Of a stretch of 49,792 nucleotides of DNA, positions 29,270 to 38,109 are shown in pieces. Position 1 is the stretch's first letter, and the number at the start of each line of letters is the position of its first letter. The position numbers were made by a program, and so were the translations under genes. Under the pieces are notes generated by a model that saw nothing but the letters and a program-made list of their open reading frames with translations, was not told the origin of the DNA and did no database searches. Source of the DNA: an uncultured archaeon (GTDB taxonomy: Archaea; Aenigmatarchaeota; Aenigmatarchaeia; QMZP01); NCBI GenBank assembly GCA_964607835.1, contig CAZSLL010000006.1:20003-69794 (forward strand). Reading direction: 5' to 3'.

Positions 29270-30799
29270 ATGACACCGGGCAAGCCCTCGGAACAGAAGG
29301 CAAAAGAGCTGGGCACTGTGGTCTCCAGCATGGAGGGGCCCTCCTCCAGGAAGTTCTCCTTCGTCATAAACAAGGGCGAGATGGTAAGGCGCGGCCAGTT
29401 CGTTCAGCTCAGTACAGAGGACGGCCAGCTGGTTGGAAGGGTCTCTGACGTGTTCAAGACCAACCGCTACTTCATGCGCCCTGAATCAGTAAAGGAGTAC
29501 CAGTCCTCGGGAAACTCCATGGAGGACATCTTCCCGGTGTCTGACTGGGAGTACCTGGTGGCAGAGGTGGATGCCCTGGGGGTTTTCAAAGACCCGGGCT
29601 TCTCTGACTCCCTGTTCCCTCCCTCCCCCGGCAACCGGGTTTTCGAGCCAGAGCCCTCTGTCCTCACGAGCTTCTTCGGCCTTGACGAGAGGGGTCTCCA
29701 TCTCGGAAGCATACCCCACCACGACATCGATGCCAGGTTCAGCTTCACCAGAACCCTCCAGAAGCACCTCGCCATCCTGGCCATCTCCGGGGCGGGAAAG
29801 TCATACCTCACCAGCGTGCTCATGGAGGAGATTCTCTCCAGGAAGCCCGAGCAGGGGCAGATAGCCACCGTGGTACTGGACACCCATGGCGAGTACTCCT
29901 CCTTCTCAAAGGACCCCTCCTTCTCAGCCAAGACACGGGTCTTCGGCATGGGGGACATCCAGATAGGGCTCTCCAACCTCTCCCCCTACCAGCTTGGGGA
30001 GTTCATGCCCAACCTCTCCCATGTCCAGCTCAGGGAAGTCATGAAGCTCATGAGGAAGAACCATAAGCAGAAGGGATTCGGCCTTTCAGACCTCATGGAC
30101 AGTATCGAGGAGAGCGAGGAAATCAAGACCTCCACCAAGGAGGTCCTCATATCAGTGCTGGACGACCTCAGGCGCTCGGGGCTCTTCGGCATCTCCGACT
30201 CCCCGCCACTGGACGACCTGGTGAGGCAGGGAGGCCTCTCCATAATAGACCTCTCCCACGTAACCAACATGAGAAAGAAGCAGATGATTGCGGCCTACGT
30301 ATCCAGGAAACTCTTCAACTCCCGTCGCCATGGCATGATTCCTCCCTTCCTCCTGGTGGTGGAGGAGGCCCATCAGTTCGTCCCTGAGCAGGCCTCCAAG
30401 GAGACTGCAATATCAAGGGGAATCCTCACCACCATTGCCAGGGAGGGGAGGAAGTTCCACGCGTCCCTGTGCCTCATATCCCAGAGGCCCATCCAGCTCG
30501 CCACCACGGTCCTGAGCCAGTGCAACACCCAGATAATCCTCAGGGTCACCAACCCCTACGACCTGGACCACATAGGCAAGTCCTCAGAGGGCATCAACCG
30601 CACCGTGCTCAGGCAGATATCCAGTCTTCCTGTTGGAACAGGCCTCCTGGTGGGCGAGGCCGTGAATTCCCCCCTGTTCGTCCAGATACGCCCGAGAAAA
30701 TCCAGGCCCTCTGACAAGGGTCTCCCCCTGGAGCAGGCAGCCATCGAGTACCAGAAGAGGGTCAAGCAGGACGTCAGGGACGCAGAGGAGTTCATGTAA
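29270..30799 (+). CDS. herA: HerA-family ATPase/helicase
   Basis: N-terminal HAS barrel, HLAILAISGAGKS, DTHGEY, EEAH, REGRKF and SQRP motifs. Confidence 0.88.
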   Translation: MTPGKPSEQKAKELGTVVSSMEGPSSRKFSFVINKGEMVRRGQFVQLSTEDGQLVGRVSDVFKTNRYFMRPESVKEYQSSGNSMEDIFPVSDWEYLVAEVDALGVFKDPGFSDSLFPPSPGNRVFEPEPSVLTSFFGLDERGLHLGSIPHHDIDARFSFTRTLQKHLAILAISGAGKSYLTSVLMEEILSRKPEQGQIATVVLDTHGEYSSFSKDPSFSAKTRVFGMGDIQIGLSNLSPYQLGEFMPNLSHVQLREVMKLMRKNHKQKGFGLSDLMDSIEESEEIKTSTKEVLISVLDDLRRSGLFGISDSPPLDDLVRQGGLSIIDLSHVTNMRKKQMIAAYVSRKLFNSRRHGMIPPFLLVVEEAHQFVPEQASKETAISRGILTTIAREGRKFHASLCLISQRPIQLATTVLSQCNTQIILRVTNPYDLDHIGKSSEGINRTVLRQISSLPVGTGLLVGEAVNSPLFVQIRPRKSRPSDKGLPLEQAAIEYQKRVKQDVRDAEEFM

Positions 30800-30811
30800 A
30801 GAGATGTTTGA

Positions 30812-31483
30812 ATGAAATTTACAGAATTTGATTCAGGAAACTATGGAATCCAGTCATTGCATTACGGACACTCCGATGGAAGGGGTATATTTGAGTCGCT
30901 TCAGGGAGAGCTTGGGCATCGTGATGTTGGCATCAAATATACTGATGACCCCGGAATAGTTGATATTGAGAAACGCCCCTCTTTCTATCCCCACATCCAT
31001 TTGTATCAATACAAGAAGAACGAAAACCAGTTAATTATATTTTCACAGAAGCTGTATGTGAATGACCCACTGCTTCATGAATTTGAAAAATTTTTAAGAG
31101 AGAATGCGGTTGAATGCGCAGGAGCCGAGGATTACAGCTGGATTGAACCAGGGTTCGAGGACCACTGGATAACGCCATATACCCTGGTCACCTGCGATTA
31201 CACAAGAATCTCTATGTCCCGAACCAGGCCGGTAAAGAACCTGGCACTCATCGAGAATCTGGGAACTGCTGATGTTTTTGAGGGGGTTGATTTCGATGAG
31301 CCTGTCACGTTCAGGACCATAAATCCTGAAACCGTGGAGGAAAAAATCAGGGAGCTTGAGGAGACAGGGACTTACAGTGTTGAAATATCTTCTGTGACTG
31401 AACTATACCATGACAGGCTGTTGCATTTCGAATTCAAAGAAGGTTTTGGTAGTTGTTCTCATTTCATGATTAGCTTAAAGTAA
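30812..31483 (+). CDS. Hypothetical protein
   Basis: 223 aa ORF, more AT-rich than its neighbours. No recognised motif. Confidence 0.55.
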   Translation: MKFTEFDSGNYGIQSLHYGHSDGRGIFESLQGELGHRDVGIKYTDDPGIVDIEKRPSFYPHIHLYQYKKNENQLIIFSQKLYVNDPLLHEFEKFLRENAVECAGAEDYSWIEPGFEDHWITPYTLVTCDYTRISMSRTRPVKNLALIENLGTADVFEGVDFDEPVTFRTINPETVEEKIRELEETGTYSVEISSVTELYHDRLLHFEFKEGFGSCSHFMISLK

Positions 31484-31489
31484 TCTGTT

Positions 31490-32728
<1,239 letters not shown>

Positions 32729-32792
32729 GCTATCTCACGCTCCATTATACGATTAAGTTTATATATGCTTAATTGACTAAAAGTGTCTAGAT

Positions 32793-32994
32793 GGGCCCAT
32801 AGCTCAGTCTGGTTAGAGCACTCGGCTCTTAACCCTGTTTTGTGGAGCAATTCAGGGAAAGAAACCGAGGTGTCGGGGGTTCGAAACACGCTTTTTTCAA
32901 GAAAAGGCGTGGGCCAAAAGGAGCATCGCTCCGCCAAAGGCTCCGCTCGCTTCCGTTTGAACGGGAGCTGGCGTCGGCAATCCCCCTGGGCCCT
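32793..32994 (+). tRNA. tRNA-Lys(CTT) with two introns: 37/38 (32832-32863) and 59/60 (32886-32980)
   Basis: Cloverleaf assembled by hand: acceptor GGGCCCA/TGGGCCC, D-stem GCTC/GAGC, anticodon stem CTCGG/CCGAG, T-stem GGGGG/CCCCC, T-loop TTCGAA|T. TATA-like TTTATATA upstream. Confidence 0.85.
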
Positions 32995-33034
32995 TATCCC
33001 ATTCTTCCGGTGACGTTTCTAGCAGAAGCGGTTA

Positions 33035-33123
33035 CTGTCCCTTCACGACCCAATGCAATTGATGAAGGCCGTGCAATAATGCTGTCCCTTCACGACCCTA
33101 TAGTATTGATGAAGGCCGCGCAA
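33035..33123. repeat. Tandem 47-bp-period repeat (2 copies) with CCTTCA/TGAAGG hairpin
   Basis: CTGTCCCTTCACGACCC-n6-ATTGATGAAGGCCGYGCAA at 33035 and 33082. Confidence 0.9.
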
Positions 33124-33145
33124 CAGAGCCCTCGTAAGAAAGATT

Positions 33146-33294
33146 AAAAGGCAGCTATCTGGGCTTCCCCCTCGAAAGGAGTACCACCCAGACCGTGGGA
33201 GGGCTTGACTTCCGTGTTCGAATTTCCCCACCCCGCGCATCCGCGCGGAAACGGCGTATGGGAACGGGTAGACACCTCCACTTTGGCCGCCATT
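33146..33294 (-). rRNA. rrf: 5S rRNA with 35-nt insertion/intron (33223-33257) in loop C
   Basis: Minus strand reads GGCGGCCAAAG...ACCCGTTCCCAT[35 nt]TTCGAACACGGAAGTCAAGCC...GGTA...GAA...GCTGCC. Helix I GGCGGC/GCTGCC, TTATAAAA box ~25 nt upstream. Ends approximate. Confidence 0.9.
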
Positions 33295-33349
33295 GTCATT
33301 CTAATGTAAAGAGGGTTTTATAAGCTTTGCGCTAACCGGGTGAAAAAAG

Positions 33350-33535
33350 CGCCCAGGCCGGGATCTTCAGAACCGTTTTGTATGCGGTAGCGTTCTTTCC
33401 GCGAACGCTTTTGGGCGTTTACCGGTCCAAAAGGGTTCATTTGAACCCGGGTCATGGGAGTGACAGTCCCATATGCTAGGCCGATGTGCACCACCTTCCC
33501 CTTTTCAGGGAAAGCAGGTACTACACTACCTGGGC
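33350..33535 (-). tRNA. tRNA-Asp(GTC) with two introns: D-loop 15/16 (33484-33520) and T-loop 59/60 (33364-33439)
   Basis: Acceptor GCCCAGG/CCTGGGC plus discriminator G, anticodon arm TGGGA-CTGTCAC-TCCCA, T-stem CCGGG/CCCGG. Perfect BHB at the T-loop. Oligo-T follows the 3' end. Confidence 0.92.
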
Positions 33536-33656
33536 ATTTATATGAAAACCTGACCATGTCAGGGTCAACGGCTGAATTTATTAGATTCGCTTAGTATTTA
33601 AATAGGTTTCATACAGTGAAGCCTTTTTATACCCTTCATGCATATCCTTTCTAGAT

Positions 33657-33814
33657 GGGCCCGTAGCTCAGTCTGGTTAGAGCACCGGGCTTTTAACCAT
33701 GTGCGTTAAAAGCGTCGAGGTTCCCGTGGGACCTGTGAGAAGATACCCGGGTGTCGCCGGTTCAAATGCATTCCTGGACGCGTTCCAGGAGGCTTGGGTT
33801 TCCGGCCGGGCTCA
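33657..33814 (+). tRNA. tRNA-Lys(TTT) with two introns: 37/38 (33696-33744) and 59/60 (33767-33800)
   Basis: Acceptor GGGCCCG/CGGGCTC (one G-U), anticodon stem CCGGG/CCCGG, T-stem GCCGG/CCGGC. BHB central helices CTTT/GAAG and TTCA/TGGG. TTTTTATA box upstream. Confidence 0.88.
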
Positions 33815-34577
33815 TTACCCTTTCAATAACAGTACTCGAAAAACAAAATCCAATATGATTCCACAAAAATGACTTTAGTATATTTTTAGGATTGCTGAAA
33901 CCTATATCTGAACACCATTTTTCGTATCCCTTTGCGCCTGGTATGAAGAGTTGGTGGCTCACAAAAGGCTTCTTTGTTTTAGGGTGGATATTCTGCAAGT
34001 CAAGATAAACATTCGGATGAAACCTCAATTCTTCCAGCAATTCTTTTGAGTCCAGTAGTAGATTCTTGCTCGCTGTAGCAAACTTAATCACAGGGTAATA
34101 GTATTTCCTGTTTCCTCTGCTCTTGAAGCAAAATGAGAAATCTGTGTCACCAAGACCTCTCAAAAAATATGCTTTTTTGCTATATGCAGCATCCTTGATT
34201 ATGTCAGGTATTCCGATTTCTTTTTTGGGTCCAATTGGCAGACCGCAGATTTTGTGATAATAATTAACGAGGCCCTTGGAATATGCCCTCAGATAGCAAA
34301 CATGTATCGGAGGTCTGAGATAAAATCCGAAATTCAACCCGAATAAGCTGTATTTTAGATTCCTTACATGGTCTTTAAGATAATGATAATCAGATATCAG
34401 ATTTCCAGTAACTCCTATTTGATAATCTGTTGCATGAGGCTTTTTATCTATGCCTATGTTTCCATCGCCTGTCATTATGCCAATGTCTTCAGCAAGGTAA
34501 TTTGATATTTTATCAGGAAATCTCAGTCCTCTTGACATGTCTTTTTTGCTGGTTTCGATTGTCGAAAAATCCAACAT
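33762..34577 (-). mobile_element. Free-standing double-motif LAGLIDADG homing endonuclease gene
   Basis: Two LAGLIDADG-like helices (LAEDIGIMTGDG and YFLRGLGDTDFS). AT-rich. No intein splicing motifs seen. Confidence 0.85.
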
Positions 34578-34691
34578 ATAGAGATTTTCCGATAGTAAAT
34601 ATAATGCTATGGATAGGACCGTTCCGCTATTCCGCTATAATCCGGGCCCATCAAATACTTTTATTACTTGCTTCGAATCCTCAATGATAGT

Positions 34692-35049
34692 ATGGCTAGC
34701 ATAAGGCCGGACACGACCATTGGCGAGCTACATGATTTCGTCCGCCACGTCTACGGAAAGCCGAATGACCTGCATTTCGACATCCATGACATGCTCAATA
34801 ACGTACAGAGATTCGCAATGAGATGTCTCAAGGGCATCAGGAAGGGTGACAGGGAAAAGACAAAGAGGAATATTTCAAAAAGTGATAGATGAAGCGGCAG
34901 ACCTGTTCTCTCACTATCTCTGCGTCTTCAATTCGCTTGGAGAGAGCATCGCTCATAAGCTGTCAGTTGTGTTCACCAATGACTGCCACGAATGCGGGAA
35001 AGCGCCGTGCGAATGCAATTTCACATCTGTGGTCAATTATGGATCATAA
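34692..35049 (+). pseudogene. Internally deleted, frameshifted MazG-like (all-alpha NTP pyrophosphatase) gene
   Basis: N-terminal fragment (ELHDFVRHVYG..ND..F...LKGIRKGD) stops at 34892. A C-terminal fragment in another frame has DEAADLFS...CHECGKAPCEC. Confidence 0.6.
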
Positions 35050-35194
35050 TCTATTCCTTTCTTTAACGGAAAACCAGTTAATTTTATAAACCCCCTCTTC
35101 AATTATTGTAGGCTGATGCAACCAAAGCATTGTTTAAACCATAACCAGGATTAGCTGATAATCGCTCTGCAGAGGCGTCGAGATGCCCCGGAGC

Positions 35195-35255
35195 GTGTGC
35201 CGGTGCGCAGCACCGGAAGGACAGAAGAGTGTGCCGGTGCGCAGCACCGGAAGGA
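35195..35255. repeat. Two identical 27-bp repeats containing palindrome CCGGTGC-GCA-GCACCGG just upstream of TrmB-family gene
   Basis: GTGTGCCGGTGCGCAGCACCGGAAGGA at 35195 and 35229. Confidence 0.9.
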
Positions 35256-35262
35256 AAGCGAT

Positions 35263-36117
35263 ATGGAAAAGGCAGAGTCCCTCCTCAGGGAGGCCGGGAT
35301 GAAGGAGTACGAGGCCAAGGCATTCCTTGCCGTCATACAGTGCGGGGTGTGCAGCGCTGACAGGATATCAAAGATATCCCGCATACCCCTGACAAGGGTG
35401 TACGAGACCATGCAGTCACTCCAGGGCATGGGCATAGTCACTGTACTCAACACAAGGCCGAAGAAGTACAGGCTGGTCTCCATGGATTCCCTGTCCAACC
35501 TCATAGAACACAAGAAGAGGCTTATGAGGCAGGAGATTGACCGCACCGAAGCCATAGTGAAGGAAATCAAGAGAGTGGTTCCCAAGGCCAACAGGGGAGA
35601 GACAGATGAGATAAAGGAAGGCTTCTGGATAATAAAGGGAAGGGAGCCCTCATCCAGGAAGATAATCGATGAGGAGAAGAAGGCTCAGAAGGAGATAATG
35701 TTCTTCAGCGATGACTTCAGCTGGTTCCCCAAATTCAGGAAGACCCTGGAGCAGAAGATAGGCGAGGGCGTCAACGTCAAGGTCCTGGTCAACCTCAACG
35801 ACAAGACCGCTGACAAAGTCAAGCAAATCCTTGACATCGGGGCGGACGTGAGGGGATGGGACGTCCAGGGCCTCAGGGGCAACATAATCGACTCCAAGCT
35901 CATCCACCTGGTCTCCCAGCAGCCCAAGCCGGGAGTGAACCCGGATGACCACTACGGCAAGGAGGGTTCTGACGACATATTCTTCTACGACTGCCTCGCC
36001 ACCGGCAACCCCATAATCGTGAACATGGTCAAGACCTATTTCGACATCTTCTGGTGGAGGGGGGAGAGGCCCCGGGCGCTCATAGACAAAAAGCACATGC
36101 GGCCCTCTTTCAGATGA
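35263..36117 (+). CDS. TrmB-family transcriptional regulator
   Basis: GMKEYEAKAFLA...IPLTRVYETMQSL..MGIV...RPKKY wHTH plus C-terminal PLD-like effector domain. ATG at 35263. Confidence 0.88.
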   Translation: MEKAESLLREAGMKEYEAKAFLAVIQCGVCSADRISKISRIPLTRVYETMQSLQGMGIVTVLNTRPKKYRLVSMDSLSNLIEHKKRLMRQEIDRTEAIVKEIKRVVPKANRGETDEIKEGFWIIKGREPSSRKIIDEEKKAQKEIMFFSDDFSWFPKFRKTLEQKIGEGVNVKVLVNLNDKTADKVKQILDIGADVRGWDVQGLRGNIIDSKLIHLVSQQPKPGVNPDDHYGKEGSDDIFFYDCLATGNPIIVNMVKTYFDIFWWRGERPRALIDKKHMRPSFR

Positions 36118-36306
36118 ATTCCTGCCTTTCGAGTGACAAAATACAAAGAGAATGATGTTTTTTAACCCTGAAACGCGGGTAAAAAAAGCAAAACTTTAAA
36201 TATACCTCTGACATTAGATATAGGACGCCCTGTGTGTGAAATTATATATATTTGCAGATGTATATAATATATTACCCAATGGTGGTCACCGAAAAGGGCG
36301 TTAGAG

Positions 36307-36552
36307 GTGGTATCTATTCCAGTAGACATTTCCCTTCATGAGCTTGTCCCCAAGCATGAGATTCTGACCAAGCTTGACAAGAAGGAGCTCCTCGAGAAGC
36401 TGGGCGTCACAGAGAAGGAGCTTCCCAAGATACTGGTAAGGGACCCTGTCATAGCCAGCATGGAGGCGAGGCCAGGGGATGTTGTTAAGATTACCAGAAA
36501 GTCGCAGACAGCCGGGTATTCCACCTACTACAGGACAGTCACCGGGAAATGA
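36307..36552 (+). CDS. rpoH: DNA-directed RNA polymerase subunit H (Rpo5)
   Basis: HELVPKHEIL, LPKI...DP and GDVVKITRKSQTAG...YYR motifs. Confidence 0.95.
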   Translation: MVSIPVDISLHELVPKHEILTKLDKKELLEKLGVTEKELPKILVRDPVIASMEARPGDVVKITRKSQTAGYSTYYRTVTGK

Positions 36553-36649
36553 GTCGGTTCCTGGTAGACGTCAGCGGCCAGGCGGTCCTGGCAGGAAAAA
36601 AGCGCATGCCCGGAGGGGCGCAGAGTCGGGAAAGGAGGAGAAAGGCGAC

Positions 36650-38104
36650 ATGTCTTTCATGCCGGTATTTAAGGTAATAGAGAAGCAGAGGGGCTGGGTC
36701 AACTTCCAGATTGAATCTTTCAACCACTTCATAGAGTACGGTATCCAGGGCATAATCGACGAGGTGGGCACGGTCTCCCTCAATCCTGAGCTCGGGGACC
36801 ACAAGCTCAAGTTCGGAAAGGTGCACATAGGAAGGCCCTCGGTCAAGGAGGCTGACGGGAGCACCAGGCAGGTTTTCCCCAACGAGGCCAGGATAAGGAA
36901 CCTGACCTACGCTGCCCCTGTTTATGTTGACATAACCCCGGTCATAAACGGGGTTCAGGAGAAGCCGGAAAAGGTGCACATAGGCAACCTTCCCATAATG
37001 GTGGGCTCAATGCTGTGCTCAACCCACGGCCTCAACAACAGGGAGCTCGCCAAGAGCGGGGAGGACGGCAACGACCCCGGAGGATATTTCCTGGTCAACG
37101 GCACCGAGAGGGTCCTGGTCCTCATCGAGGAAATCGCCTCCAACAAGCCCATCTTCGAGAAGGAGGAGGACACCATCTCGGTCAGGATCAACTCAGAGCG
37201 CTCGGGCTTCAAGCAGAGGCATGTCGTGGAGAGAAAGCCTGACGGAGAGATAACGGTTTCCTTCGCCAACATAAGAAAGCTCAACATAATCACCCTGCTC
37301 AAGGCCCTTGGCCTGGAGACTGACAAGGAGATATGCGACCAGATATCCCCTGACCCCAGGATTCTCAACGAGCTCTACATCAACCTCTACCAGTCATCGA
37401 GCACCACGTCTGACGAGGCCATTGACTCCATAGGCAAGAAGATAAGGGTGTCAGAGGACTACAGGGTGGAGAGGGTCAACCAGATTCTCGACCGCTACCT
37501 GCTCCCGCACGTGGGGCAGGATACCTCCAACAGGACAGAGAAGGCAGACGTCCTTGCCAAGATAGTCAACAAGATGATAATGCTCTCCCTGAACATGATT
37601 CCGGCAGACGACATAGACCACTACGACAACAAGAGGCTGCTCATGTCAGGCGAGCTCATAGGCCAGCTCTTCAGGAGCATACTCCTCGGAAGGTGGGGCC
37701 TGCTCGCCAAGATGAACTACAACTACCAGAAGCTGGTCAAGAGGGGAAAGACACCCTCCATCCAGGGCATAATAGAGGCCAACGCCGTTACCAAGCAGAT
37801 ACTCTCCAGCCTGGCCACAGGCAACTGGATTGGCGGGAGGACAGGCGTGTCCCAGAGGCTGGACAGGTCGTCATACATCAAGACCGTTTCCCACCTCAGG
37901 TCCATAGTTTCACCGCTTACCTCCACTCAGGAGCATTTCAAGGCCAGGCAGATTCACCCCACCGAGTGGGGAAGGCTGTGCCCGGCAGAGACCCCTGAGG
38001 GCTCCTCAATAGGCCTCAGGAAGCACCTTGCCCTCATGGTGGAGGTCACGCCGGGGCTGAGCGAGAAGGACAAGGACAGGGTCCTCAAGAGCATAATGGA
38101 GTGA
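36650..38104 (+). CDS. rpoB2: DNA-directed RNA polymerase subunit B'' (Rpo2N)
   Basis: QIESFN, PNEARIRNLTY, DPGGYF, GVSQ and CPAETPEG motifs. ATG at 36650 after GGAGG. Confidence 0.95.
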   Translation: MSFMPVFKVIEKQRGWVNFQIESFNHFIEYGIQGIIDEVGTVSLNPELGDHKLKFGKVHIGRPSVKEADGSTRQVFPNEARIRNLTYAAPVYVDITPVINGVQEKPEKVHIGNLPIMVGSMLCSTHGLNNRELAKSGEDGNDPGGYFLVNGTERVLVLIEEIASNKPIFEKEEDTISVRINSERSGFKQRHVVERKPDGEITVSFANIRKLNIITLLKALGLETDKEICDQISPDPRILNELYINLYQSSSTTSDEAIDSIGKKIRVSEDYRVERVNQILDRYLLPHVGQDTSNRTEKADVLAKIVNKMIMLSLNMIPADDIDHYDNKRLLMSGELIGQLFRSILLGRWGLLAKMNYNYQKLVKRGKTPSIQGIIEANAVTKQILSSLATGNWIGGRTGVSQRLDRSSYIKTVSHLRSIVSPLTSTQEHFKARQIHPTEWGRLCPAETPEGSSIGLRKHLALMVEVTPGLSEKDKDRVLKSIME

Positions 38105-38109
38105 TTATC

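Noticed and set aside
32793-33814. Group I introns, or split/permuted tRNAs
   Set aside because: The inserts are only 32-95 nt with BHB geometry, and the exons are colinear in normal order.
33767-34650. A single ~870-nt HEG-containing intron with the tRNA-Lys(TTT) 3' exon at 34641-34650
   Set aside because: The distal copy lacks 4 nt needed for a full T-stem plus acceptor, and no BHB is seen there. A complete 3' exon with BHB exists at 33801-33814.
35197-35262. N-terminal extension of the TrmB ORF
   Set aside because: It is just a translation of the palindromic repeats. The domain starts at ATG 35263.
36479-36649. N-terminal extension of RpoB''
   Set aside because: It overlaps rpoH and has no homology. 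The ATG at 36650 follows a GGAGG RBS.
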